Shown one piece after another: positions 28,874 through 41,550 of a stretch of 64,000 nucleotides of DNA. How positions within the stretch are numbered: position 1 is the first letter of the stretch; every line of letters starts with the position of its first letter. Origin of the DNA: Eledone cirrhosa. Taxonomy: Eukaryota. The DNA lies in assembly GCA_964016885.1 (NCBI GenBank), contig OZ024741.1, positions 28,520,001 through 28,584,000 of the forward strand, given 5' to 3'. A program made the position numbers and the translations under genes. Below the pieces are notes generated by a model. The model saw nothing but the letters and a program-made list of their open reading frames with translations, did not search any database and had not been told where the DNA came from.

Positions 28874-29452
28874 TATGTATATATATATCAATCAATTTAT
28901 AGTTGATATAAAATGCTCGGATCTATTCATTGGAATCTTTGAGCATATTCTACAGTGGATATGGCGCATGTCTCTTGGACATGACACCCTTAATTTAATT
29001 TTGGATATATATAAGGCCCCTTAATTGTAGAGCTAAATCAGTTGAAAGGACTCGGCTGCTATTTCTAGCTGTCGATAACCCTATTTACGCCACTGGGATG
29101 AAGCTGGTGCGATGTGTGTATTTTTAAAAAAATGCAACGCGTGCTGTTAGTCATTCGTAGATTTGAATTTGCTGTGTAAACACAGATAGTTAAGTCTTCT
29201 CCCTTGTTAAAAAATCCGGGATTTGGCTATTGTGATTTACCGATCGATTGATGGTGAAATATATTTCTTTAATGAAATATATACAAGGAAGATTAATCAT
29301 TTTAAAAGGTATCTATATTTAAAGTTCTAGTTAAACTTTAATTAGTTACCTACCTAGCTATGTGTGCTTACACACTTTTACAAATTATGCCCTGTTATTG
29401 TTTCATGTGTTTATTTTAGATATATATATATGTCAATCAATTTCTAGTTGAC

Positions 29453-29771
<319 letters not shown>

Positions 29772-29774
<3 letters not shown>

Positions 29775-30297
29775 AGTATGCATGTATACGTACATACATA
29801 TATGTATACAGACGTACAGTAGCATGCACATATATATATATATATATACATATATACATACATATGCATACAGGTACACATACATATATGCACGTATCAG
29901 TTTAGCGGCGCTTATTATAACGTCGCTTTGTTCGTTTGTAAACAAACTGAACAGCCTGAATTTATGCCATACGGTGTTAAGGCAACCACGTCACCTTTTT
30001 GTTCAACACTGACACAGGAACGATGTACTAGTTTCAAGCTTGTTAGCTATCATCAGCACCGTTTACCCATCTGCCAGATAGTTGAACGTTCGAAAGTATA
30101 TACTTTCCTTATGAAAATTAACGGCTGAGCAGCCTAATTTGCATATTGAGTGAGTTAAATCGGTCAGGCATACCGAAAACGATAAATTGAAACAAAATGA
30201 AAACGAAATTTCATTTCTCACTCTTAGTATGGCACTTACTTAAATGTAAGTATGCATGTATACGTACATACATATATGTATACAGACGTACAGTAGC
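29772..30297 (-). mobile_element. Short Penelope/retrozyme-like element, family 1, with direct terminal repeats
   Basis: ~51-bp direct repeat GTAAGTATGCATGTATACGTAC...CAGACGTACAGTAGC at 29772 and 30247; internal hammerhead; a homologous copy lies at 51700-52440. Confidence 0.7.
30020..30062 (-). ncRNA. Minimal type I hammerhead ribozyme (family 1)
   Basis: ACGGTG CTGATGA T AGCT aaca AGCT T GAA ACTAGT A CATCGT: core boxes intact, stems I and II pair, palindromic stem III, GUA cleavage triplet. Confidence 0.8.
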
Positions 30298-30443
30298 GGA
30301 AAAGAAGCTATATCATTTGTCTATTATTTCTTCATAAGTACATTTTAAACTTATAGCCTCGTTTAAATGATTTTTTGTGTGGTTGATTTATAGTGATTGG
30401 GAGAGGAAATACTGTATATATTTTATCTAATGGTTCTTTGGAC

Positions 30444-30510
<67 letters not shown>

Positions 30511-31079
30511 GTTATAGAATGAACCTTATCGAATAGAATGGACACAGCTTCTGTCGTTTACAATCTACATTAACAACAATAACAGCAATAACAGCAATGA
30601 CAGCGATGTTTACAGTATATAAGACGATGAGAATGGTGTTAGAATATATGTAAATATAGTCATTCATCCGCACTATATATATTTATATTTATATATATGG
30701 AAAACGAAGAATCAGTGATGCATCGTAACACAATTTATTACGTATTACAAATGTTTTCTGGTGAACAGCTCGAGGTGCGATCTGTTTGTGGATCGAACCT
30801 GACTCTGGATTCGCAAGTTCCTCAGATGCGTCTAGTGATTTCGAAGCCAATCCTCTTTCTGCTGGACTCCGACCCTTCGAATTTCTCTCATCTGCCATCA
30901 TTCTGTTTGCGCGACACTCCAATTGGTTTATAGTTCGGGACATCATCTTTGTGTTTGACTATTTAAATCTGCCGACTGACCATTTCCATTCAGGCGTGAG
31001 CTGTCACTCACCCCAATCCCGTCGCCAGAAATTACTGCTGTGTGTAGGAAAGGTGTTATGAACTCTCCTGCCACTACCT

Positions 31080-31080
<1 letters not shown>

Positions 31081-31165
<85 letters not shown>

Positions 31166-31284
31166 TATATTTTTTTTGCACATATTTATATACATACACA
31201 CACATATGCGCACCCATAGAAACACACGTACATATACACGCGCGTACATATGCAATCAGTCAGGTCTACTCATATACACACACG

Positions 31285-31317
<33 letters not shown>

Positions 31318-31466
31318 GTGTGCACGCGCGCACACACACACACATATATACGTGTGTGTACATATACATACACATACACACATATATATATATACACACA
31401 CACAGACATATGTATACGCACTCACACACAGACACCCATCCCCACACACACACGTACGCACACATA
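31081..31466. repeat. (CA)n and mixed CA/TA microsatellite
   Basis: Direct inspection. Confidence 0.9.
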
Positions 31467-32424
31467 TGAAAATAAACTGTACAAAAATATTTGGGAAGTG
31501 CATAGAAAGATGCATATGATGCTGTACATCATGTAGTGCGCAAAGAAATATTACGCGAAGAAATACGTAAAAAATACAAAAAAGTACATATGGGGAATAC
31601 GTCAAAGAACGCAGGTAGCATCTCACATAGCGGTATATACGTATATGCAGACACACTTTGATACACATGTTGACTGAGTTGGCATTAAGCACCATAATGC
31701 CAAAATAACAATAACAACAACACTATTAGTTCCAGCTTTGGTGATGTCGAGCCCATACTACCTAATATTTGAACATCATACATACACCATATGTATATAC
31801 ACAGACACACGCACACACATGCGTCGATATATAGCTCTGTACACACAGACATATATACCTACATATAAATGAAAGTAATATAGTGTATAGGATGGACCGT
31901 GATAGTCAAGAGTATAAGGAAATAAAATGTAAAGAAAATATAGAGAATATTAACGTAAGAACTATAAAAATATAAACATATAGGGAATATATAAGAAATA
32001 TATATAAAAAAATATAAGAAGATATAAGAAAATATAAGAAAGTATAAAAAAGTTTAAAAATATAAAAGTATAGAAAGATAAAAATCTAAAAATATAAAAA
32101 TATAAACATATATTTAAAGAAATTTTTTTTTAGATACCCAAAAGTATTAGTAAATATAAAAAAAATATTAAAAAATATTATACAGTCTTTTTAAAAAAAC
32201 AAAAAAAAAACATGAAAATGAAAAATAAATGGTAATGCAAGAAAATATGGGATATAATAATATAGAAATGATATAAAAATATAAAAATATAGAAGAAAGT
32301 AGGAAAATATAAAGGAATATCGACGACCGTAGATCGACTTTCGTCAAATCGAACCGAGGAGACAATGTTTCCAATGGTCTTTTCAATTGCTAATACTATC
32401 TATCGGTCGCAACTCCAGATAGAA

Positions 32425-32543
32425 GGAGCAACGTGAAATAAAATGTCTTGCTCAAGGACATAACGCATCGCCTGGCCCAGAAATCGAACTCACAACCTCA
32501 CGATTGCGAATCCAATTCTCTAACCACTCAGCCACGCGCCTTC
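32425..32543 (-). mobile_element. tRNA-derived SINE 5' part (second family)
   Basis: Minus strand: A box TGGCTGAGTGG, B box GAGTTCGATTTC, then the GTCCTTGAGCAAGACA central motif common in mollusc SINEs. Confidence 0.75.
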
Positions 32544-32685
32544 ACAAAAGGGAACATATATATAGAGAAATATTAGCTATATGTATAGGCCGTTATATTA
32601 GGCATATGTGTAGTCAGTGACAATGATAGTGATAGTTGCCTGACTAATTATAAAGGTAATGATAATTATGACAGTTATATTGATA

Positions 32686-32864
32686 ATAATTGTTTCTACT
32701 TTTGGCACAAGGCCAGCAATTACCCAGTGTATTACTGGTACTTTATTTTATCGACCCCGTAAGGATGAAAGGCAATGTTAACCTCGGCGGGATTTGAACT
32801 CAGATCATAAGGGGACGTAACTATGCTGGAAAGCACGGCGTCCGACCCTCTACCGATACTGCCA
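32686..32864 (-). mobile_element. tRNA-derived SINE (octopus-type)
   Basis: Minus strand: A box TGGCAGTATCGG, B box GAGTTCAAATCC, body CCTTTCATCCTTACGGGGTCGATAAAATAAAGTACCAG. Further copies at 39.2, 47.7 and 47.9 kb. Confidence 0.85.
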
Positions 32865-33136
32865 TGGTATTGATGAAAACATATGATAACATAAGAATAT
32901 AGTAATGTATATTACATGTATTATTGTATAATAGTCCACACACAAATATATTGATATAAAAATACAGTAAGATATATCACCTATAATATTGTATAATAAT
33001 CCATCCACATATTTACATAGACATGTGCCAGCACAGACATGTACGACTGCAGACATACACCATTACGAACGTAGACATATACATGCATACAGACATTCAT
33101 AAGCACATAATACACTCACGCACACGCACACGCACA

Positions 33137-33218
<82 letters not shown>

Positions 33219-33234
33219 TATATATATATATATA

Positions 33235-33423
33235 TATAACAAAGAAGGTGTTGTAAGAAACCAGGTGGACCATAACGCACCAGAGTACTCGATACTTTGG
33301 GTAGTAGAGTGGGTAATAGGAAAAGAGTCAGAACCCCGACGGCTGAGCTCCGGCCGCTTCGACAGCTAGATCCAAACTAAGCTAGCACTATTCTTCTGGC
33401 TTAGTCGGGGTCCTGAGCCTTTT

Positions 33424-33430
<7 letters not shown>
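33235..33430. mobile_element. Short interspersed element with internal inverted repeat (homolog at 50321-50520), in (TA)n
   Basis: Shares TATAACAAAG...GGACCATAACGCACCAGAGTACTC...GGGTAGTAGAGTGGG.AATAGGAAAA with the 50.3 kb copy; TAGGAAAAG..CCCCGAC / GTCGGGG..CTTTTCCTA inverted arms. Confidence 0.7.
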
Positions 33431-33488
<58 letters not shown>

Positions 33489-33499
33489 ATACTTTGGGA

Positions 33500-33890
<391 letters not shown>

Positions 33891-34097
33891 TATATGTATA
33901 TATATATAGTTGTTATATAGTAAGGCGTATTATTGGTTGTGTCAAACGGTCCAATAAATTTTTGTTAGCAATATTAAGTTCTCCACGCTTTTGTATATCT
34001 CCAATTCCTTTTATGGGAACAGCCAGATGATGTAAAACGGAGTATTTGTATCAAAATAAAGATCCGAAGGCATGGTATGAAATTCCAATCATTTTAA

Positions 34098-34171
34098 TCA
34101 CGACACATGTTTCAATAGGAGATAGATCGATCGTGTAGCCATGATCGATTATCACTGATCTCGTCAGGTGA
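34098..34171 (-). ncRNA. Hammerhead ribozyme (family 3)
   Basis: TCAC CTGACGA [long stem II including ATCGATC/GATCGAT] GAA AC atgt GT C GTGA; GUC triplet; stem I extends via TCATTTT/AAAATGA. Confidence 0.7.
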
Positions 34172-34351
34172 AAATGAATTGTCTTCAAATCCTTGATATG
34201 AGGGAGAAAATTAACGATGTTCACTCACAGAGTTTAGTCCCTCATATGAAGATCAAGCAGTCAAAACACGGCGACTGCTATCGTCCTCAGTTAGGGTCAT
34301 AAAACTATCAAGTCTCTATCTCCCAATAGCTGTGAAAGACGCTGGACATCA

Positions 34352-34557
34352 ATCAAATCTGTAGAATTACAGTGGGTCACAGTTAATGTGAGTGGGTACA
34401 CACACACTCACACACATAGACGCGAGGTCAAAGAAAAAATATATACATATATCAACATAGCATCAAATCTGTAGAACTATAGACGGTCACAGTTAGTGTG
34501 AGTGAGTACACACACCGACGCGAGGTCAAAGAAAAAATATAAATATACCAACATAGT
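34352..34557. repeat. ~100-bp diverged tandem duplication
   Basis: ATCAAATCTGTAGAA...GGTCACAGTTA.TGTGAGTG...GACGCGAGGTCAAAGAAAAAATAT...CAACATAG occurs twice. Confidence 0.8.
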
Positions 34558-34714
34558 ATTCACCGAAAGTTAGTTTACAAAACAACAAATGTTATATTGG
34601 TCAAATCTCAATTTGACGATGTAAATTGGAAAAATTGGGTCAACCGCAACCCTATACACACGCAAGTAAGTTCAGTTTAATGTTCTGCTATACGTGTATA
34701 GATTGAAGTGTTTT

Positions 34715-36355
34715 GTAAACTAACTTCAATGTTACGATGACCAACCATGATGAGAGGATTTGGAGGGTCACCTGTCGACATGGTCTTGGTTTTTTCACAA
34801 CTGATGCGCAGGCCAACTTTCTCTGCATTGTCATTTAGAACGTTTGTCATCTCTTGCAGGTCTTCTCGGGAATGGCCTATCACTGCGATGTCATCGGCAA
34901 AGTCCAGGTCGCTTAATCTCCTTCCATCCCAACTGATGCCAAAACGAGGGTCACTCATTGTCTTCTTCATGATGAAATCGATGACAATGAGGAAAAGGAA
35001 AGGCGAAAACATGCAGCCTTGTCGAACACCCGTCAAGATGTCAAAAATTTCTGTGTTTCCGTCCTTTGTCCTAACGCAGCACCTGGAATGTCGGTACAGC
35101 GACCTGAAGATGTTAATATATTTCTCTGGGACACTGTCGAAAGTTTTCCTGAAGTCAATGTAGTTGACAACAAGGGACTTGTGGAACTCCCGACATTGTT
35201 CAATGATATTTCGGAGAGTGAAGATCTGCTCTGAACAAGACCTTCCACTGCGGAAGCCAGCCTGTTCGTCTCGAAGATGACGATCTACTTCTGCTCTCAG
35301 CCGGTTCAGGATGACTGTGCAGAATACCTTCCCTGGCACTGATAGCAACGTGATCCCTCTCCAGTTGTTGCAGTCGCTGAGACAGCCCTTCTTCGGTAGT
35401 GGTACAATCACTCCATTTCCACAGTCCTCCGGCACTTCCTCTTCTTGCCAAATCACATTGCATAAATGGGTGAGCTGCTCCTCTATTACATCCTTGCCGT
35501 GCTTCAGAAGCTCTGCAGGAATCTCATCCAGCCCTGCCGCTTTGTTATTCTTTTGGCAGCGGATGGCCTTGGCCACCTCAGCTATTGTGATGTCGCCTAG
35601 TCGTACATCCAGCCGGTAGCTCGCTTCCTCCCAGTCAAGCCCGAAGACTGTGTTGGGGGATGGCTGATTGAGGACCTCACGAAAGTGTTCGTTCCACCTC
35701 TGGGCCTGCTCTTCACTGGCTGCAAGCATCCGACCATCTTTGCTCTTGATTGGCAAACTGCTTCCACTTCGTCCTCCAGTTAACTCTCTGACGATCCGGT
35801 ACAGCGTCTTGGAATTATTTCGATCTGCTGCCACCTGTGCCTCTGCAGCCCGCTCTTCTACCCACTGGCGCTTGTCTTTTCGACAGCTCTTCTTTACTTC
35901 CTTGTCAAGACGTCTGTACTCTTTGTTCACTTCCTTCCATTGCTGTCGAGTTTTGGTTTGATATCTTTTGTTCTTAACATCCTTCCTCTCGTCAATGAGA
36001 TTCCATGAAGTACTGCTGATCCACTGTTCCCGGTTGGTCTCCCTTCTTTTACCAATAACTACATCATCACTCACCCTGACCGCCTGAGAAAACATCTGCC
36101 ACTGGTCTTCACGGTTCTGTGCGTGCTGTAGTTCTTGGAACTTATTGCTGATCTCCAGGTAGAATCCCTCTGACGTGCCTTGGTCTTGCAGGCTTGCGAC
36201 AGCATATGGCCTCACGGTCTTATTTGCTTTGTTCTTCTTCAACCTCAATCGGATTTTTCCAACCACAAGATGATGGTCAGATCCGACGTCTGCCCCTCGA
36301 TAGGTGCGAACATCCAAGAGAGAGATGACATGGACTTCCCCTGATGAGATTGATT
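34715..36355 (-). mobile_element. RTE-clade LINE fragment (end of APE endonuclease plus RT), truncated at both ends
   Basis: 546-aa ORF 34677..36317 with [11 protein letters not shown] (APE end), NWRGITLLS, QAGFR, IDFRKTFDSV, GVRQGCMFSPFLF, LDFADD. Apparent in-frame deletion after FDSV. Confidence 0.92.
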
Positions 36356-36379
36356 ATATCTGCATTGGCACGAGGTGGC

Positions 36380-36499
<120 letters not shown>

Positions 36500-37599
36500 A
36501 TATATATACACACACACAGATATATATATATCCACATACATATACATACAAACAGACATAAGTATATACACACACATATACACATATATATCTACTTACA
36601 TCCAACGATATAGGCAGACATCTTTATTCTCACATATAGGCCAGTGAGCATAGATTTGTCATTACATTAGATATATTATTATATGGTATAATACAACATA
36701 TTATAATGCATATCATACATGTGGGTGGTTGCAAACATAACAGGGACAGGTTGGGATGTGGCTGGGAGATTAATACCTGACAGTGTTTAAAGAAGTGTTT
36801 AGAGAAGATATAGTGGCAATGGTGTGAGTGTGTCAGTAAGATTACAAGGAGGTGTCTATAATTATCTATAAGGGAGTAGCACTGATGAGGAAGACTTCCA
36901 TTGAGCTATCCACGTTGAGTGGTTTCGGTACTATGAGGTATATGAGGTGTACAAATAGTGGTGTTAGCGTCTTTAGTTAGAGGGTACCGTGTGTATGTGT
37001 GTGTGTGTATGTGAGTGTGAAAAGTAAAAGGAAAACAGCATACCAAATAATACATTGTCCGCGGAAATGCCTTTGCAGTTTTGTTCGCGGGACGCAGCCG
37101 AAACACAACCTCACTCTAGGCATAGATCCCATCGTCCTCTCCCCTCGCCCGTCCCATGGCCTAAGTGTTCTTGCCATTTCACCCTTTTCCTCTCATTTAT
37201 GGCATTTATAGTCATTTCCTCTACTTTCCCATATAGCCAGATCTTCTTTACCTTTTCCCTCCTTTTACCCTTTCCCCCTGTTTTTCATTACTTAATGTTG
37301 TTTTTACCTTTGTTTTTCACACTTCCATTACTGGAATATATTGCAGCACACCATGCAAGTCAAATCAGAATATTCATAGCACACTAACAATGTATTTCAA
37401 AACCTTGCTGATGCATAAAAACAAGACAGCATCATCAATGCAATAATAAAGAACACTGATTCCCCCTGACTGTTTTGAACAAGATGTACGAGAAAGATCA
37501 ATGCTAGATCTTCAGCAATTTAAAGCTAAAACTAAAATATCTGATTAGTGCTAATGCAGGCAGATATGAATAATTTCGCTCGTGTTCCCAAGCCGTATT

Positions 37600-37876
37600 G
37601 TAATACCGAATGAAGTATTAACATGAACTGCTTTGACAAAACATAATCCGGGTTGTTGAGTTGACAGAAATCATAAGTAGACTGTGTACACAAAAAAAAA
37701 TTCTTTAAATTATGAAGCGAGACGGAAGCAATTTCCAGTGCTTCCATTGGTGGTAGAATGTCATGGATTTGTGGTTAGGTTCATAATGTCATTCTTCGAA
37801 ATTTCTGGAATTAGGAAGGATAGTAAAGCAGTAATTGGAGAACTGCAGAAGGATGTAGAGAAGATTTTGCAATAGT
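37600..37876 (+). mobile_element. Degenerate RLE-type (HERO/NeSL-like) retrotransposon C-terminal fragment
   Basis: IIRVVELT then FPVLPLVVECHGFV...SGIR..SKAVIGELQKDVEK, resembling the IILVELTVP...PVEVGCRGFV...LGI...AIR.L...AE pattern. Confidence 0.45.
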
Positions 37877-38243
37877 TAAGCCAGAGGTTGTGAGAGAGAA
37901 AGATACAAGTTTAGTGGATGTAAAATATTTTACCAAGAAGAAGATGATGAAAAGAATGTAGAAGAAGAAGTAGAAGAAGAAAAAGAAGAAGATGAAGAAG
38001 ACGGAGAAGAAGAAAAAAGAAGAAAAAGGAGAAAGAAGAAGAAGAACAACAACAAGAAAAATAAAGTAATAGCTGTATTACGACTGGCTTGATTATATGG
38101 TTATATGGATAACAGAAGGAAAAATTGATCTACGATATGTGTAACAGGAAGCTGTAGATTCTGAAGTAGAATGAATGTTGTGCAACGTCAGTGGGGGGTG
38201 TATTACTGTAGGAAGGTGATGAAAATAAATGGGAGCATCAGTT

Positions 38244-39196
38244 GACGGCTGAAATACGGAGTATCCCGCAGTAAATATTGTATGGCGGCTGGGACACGGA
38301 ATATCCCGCAGTAAATATTGTATGGCGGCTGAGACACAGAATATCCCGCAGTAAATATTGTATGGCGGCTGAGACACAGAATATCCTACAGTAAATATTG
38401 TATGGCGGCTGGGACACAGAATAGCCAAATATTGTATGGCGGCTGGGGCACGGAATATCCTGCAGTAAATATTGTATGGCGGCTGGGACACAGAATAGCC
38501 AAATATTGTATGGCGGCTGGGGCACGGAATATCCTGCAGTAAATATTGTATGGCGGCTGGGACACAGAATAGCCAAATATTGTATGGCGGCTGGGGCACG
38601 GAATATCCTGCAGTAAATATTGTATGGCGGCTGGGACACAGAATAGCCAAATATTGTATGGCGGCTGGGGCACGGAATATCCTGCAGTAAATATTGTATG
38701 GCGGCTGGGACACAGAATAGCCAAATATTGTATGGCGGCTGGGGCACGGAATATCCTGCAGTAAATATTGTATGGCGGCTGGGACACAGAATAGCCAAAT
38801 ATTGTATGGCGGCTGGGGCACGGAATATCCTGCAGTAAATATTGTATGGCGGCTGGGACACAGAATAGCCAAATATTGTATGGCGGCTGGGGCACGGAAT
38901 ATCCTGCAGTAAATATTGTATGGCGGCTGAGACAGAATATCCCGCAGTAAATATTGTATGGCGGCTGGGACACGGAATATCCCGCAGTAAATATTGTATG
39001 GCGGCTGGGACACGGAATATCCCGCAGTAAATATTGTATGGCGGCTGAGAAATAGAATATCCCGCAGTAAATATTATATGGCGGCTGGGACACGGAGTAT
39101 CCCGCACTAAATATTGTATGATGGCTGAGACACGGAATATCCCGCAGTAAATATTCTATAACAGCTAAAACACGGAATATCCTGCAGTAAATATTG
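38244..39196. repeat. 40-bp minisatellite with central 73-bp (40+33) dimer block
   Basis: Unit CCCGCAGTAAATATTGTATGGCGGCTGGGACACGGAATAT. In the centre it alternates with a 33-bp unit marked by GAATAGCCAAAT (7 copies); the ORFs show 73-aa periodicity. Confidence 0.95.
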
Positions 39197-39398
39197 GTTT
39201 CTGATTTAGGCTTAAGACCAACTTTTTTTTTCGAGAAAGTCGCTTAAATCAACTCCAGTGCATTACTGGTACTTTATTTTATCCTCTCTGTAAGGATGAA
39301 AGGCAAAGCTAACCTCGACAGGATTTGAACTCAGACCATAAAGTGGCGTAACCCTATGCTATAAATCATGTTGTCCGACGCTCTACCGATACTGCCAA
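39197..39398 (-). mobile_element. tRNA-derived SINE (octopus-type)
   Basis: Same A/B boxes and body as 32686-32864. Confidence 0.8.
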
Positions 39399-39687
39399 CA
39401 CAGTAAATGTATGCAAGAGACACTTTCCGTTAAAATTCTTTGACAGAGAGCTTGAACATGGTAAGAAGTGTTTGCATAGCTAACTTCCAAAACACACAGT
39501 CTTACATGCACACTTTCTAGCAACATTAATGCTTAATCTCCGGTAAAACCTTTTGATTTAGATAAATGTAATTTAATTGTGCAGTTTATAGATAGCAAAT
39601 GAAGCTCCTAATATGTTTCTTGGTTGTTGTAATAGAATTACCGGACACCCACCAAACTGCCGTCCATAATAATAAGAGAGATTAAAC

Positions 39688-39908
39688 ATGTATGTATGTA
39701 TGTATGTATGTATGTATGTATGTATGTATGTATGTATGTATGTATGTATGTATGTATGTATGTATGTATGTATGTATGTATGCATGTGTGTATGTATGTG
39801 TGTGTGTATGTATGTATGTATGTGTGTATGCGTGTATGTATGTATGTATGTATGTATGTATGTATGTATGTATGTATGTATGTATGTATGTATGTATGCA
39901 TGTATGTA
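39688..39908. repeat. (ATGT)n microsatellite
   Basis: Direct inspection. Confidence 0.95.
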
Positions 39909-40009
39909 TCTCTCTCTTTATATATCATCTATATGTCTATTTATCTATCTGCCTCTTCCCTACATCCACCGTACACATACACGCACACACACATTCATAT
40001 GTATATGTA

Positions 40010-40062
<53 letters not shown>

Positions 40063-40299
40063 CAGCATAAATATATATATGTATATATCTACGTAGTCAA
40101 TCAATGCCAAATTCCACCTTCCTCATCAAATATGAATATAATTCTATCATTTATAGATAATAAATGAAGCCACACATATATTCATTAGATGGTACAATCT
40201 AATTGATTACAACTTTCCTCTATTCTCAGATCATGGCAATAGGGAGATATATTTGATCAATCAAACATTTGCTATTCCGGAAAATTGAGAAACATTTGA

Positions 40300-40545
40300 G
40301 CGAAGCACGCATGCGTATTGGGCTAATATTTTGATATTAGCGCTGTACAATCATGTAAATCATTCTAACAGTAGATTATTACATAAATGTATTAATGTGG
40401 GTATGTGTGATTCAGTGTGACCGTGTGCATTGAATCACACATACCCACATTAATACATTTATGTAATAATCTACTGTTAGAATGATTTACATGATTGTAC
40501 AGCGCTAATATCAAAATATTAGCCCAATACGCATGCGTGCTTCGC
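40300..40545. repeat. Near-perfect palindrome, 118-bp arms, 10-nt loop
   Basis: 40300-40417 is the reverse complement of 40428-40545, with one mismatch seen near the loop. Confidence 0.95.
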
Positions 40546-40653
40546 CTTGAGGGCGACCGGTTAAAGTGGAAGATGCTAGATGGTCGGTCGTCATCGGGTC
40601 CATGATTTTCAGCCCCATGGATTTTATCTGTTACATTCATTTATTATATTCCA

Positions 40654-40711
40654 ATACCTGATGATATCACCGGATTTATACGGAACCCGGTCATTGAAAT
40701 GATCATAGTAT
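40654..40711 (+). ncRNA. Hammerhead ribozyme (family 4)
   Basis: ATAC CTGATGA T ATCACCGG...CCGGTCAT T GAA ATGATCAT A GTAT; palindromic stem III, AUA triplet, followed by AATAAA. Confidence 0.7.
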
Positions 40712-40902
40712 AATAAACCTTTCAAGGATTTACACAAGTCCAGCCTCCTCTTATTTTATTATAATATTTAACTCCGTACTCGCACCACCAACTACACAAA
40801 CGAAGACGGTTGAGTTGCTTTACGTTGAGTACTCTCCATATTATTACATCAAGATTGACCATACGGAATGACCAGCTCTATCCAGTGGTGAACCTTCAAA
40901 CC

Positions 40903-40938
<36 letters not shown>

Positions 40939-41143
40939 AATATAATATATATAATAATACAAATATATATATATAATAATAATAATACAAGGGCGATTTG
41001 TTATATCTTCATTACGTTTATTGACTGGTGACGAACGTTTCGCAATTGATCAGCTCAAGGTTCACTCTGTATCGATCTGACCCGACTCTCGAATCAAAAG
41101 CTCGCCGGACCTCATTGAACCTCCCTGAATATATATATATACA

Positions 41144-41223
<80 letters not shown>

Positions 41224-41349
41224 ATGTCTGTATGTGTGTGTGTATGTGTGTGTATGTACGTGTGTGTGTGTGTATGTACGTATGTGTATGTGTGTGTGCG
41301 TGTGTGTGTGCATGTCTCTCTCTCTCTGTGTCTGTCTTTATGTCCAGGG

Positions 41350-41550
41350 TTTTGAAAGATATGGGCGTATGGCTAGACTGTCCAAGGAAAGAATCGCTAG
41401 ATTGATTTTACAGGCAAAACCAACCGGCAGGAGAGCCAGAGGTAGACCCTGAGCAAGATGGCTGGATAACAGCCATGAGCTTGGCTTGAGGATCCAGCCT
41501 GATCAGTGGGAGACAGTCGCTTCTAATGGGACCTACTGGAAGGAGTGGGC
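41350..41550 (+). mobile_element. RTE LINE 3'-end fragment
   Basis: YGRMARLSKERIARLILQAKPTGRRARGRP..RWLD...WETVASN..YW matches the RTE C-terminus (WFGHV.RM...R......P.GKR.RGRP..RW.D). Confidence 0.8.

Larger units (their letters stand above)
28141..29452. repeat. Nested inverted duplication A-B-C / B'-A' / C'-B'-A'(partial)
   Basis: 28141-28265 is reverse-complemented at ~28880-29012. 28272-28401 is reverse-complemented at 28642-28770 and ~29296-29425. 28401-28626 is reverse-complemented at 29070-29296. Confidence 0.9.

Noticed and set aside
32425-32864. tRNA genes
   Set aside because: A/B boxes run into SINE bodies and I cannot build a full cloverleaf.
36890-36915. CTGATGAGGAAGACTTCC as a hammerhead
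   Set aside because: A small stem follows, but there is no GAAA box or cleavage triplet.
38093-39107. Three overlapping 235-306 aa ORFs
   Set aside because: Minisatellite open in all three minus frames; the unit lengths are not multiples of three.
41025-41115. Minus-strand CGAAACGTTCGTC...AATAAA as a hammerhead
   Set aside because: The 3' half looks Penelope-like, but the CTGANGA box is missing or mutated.
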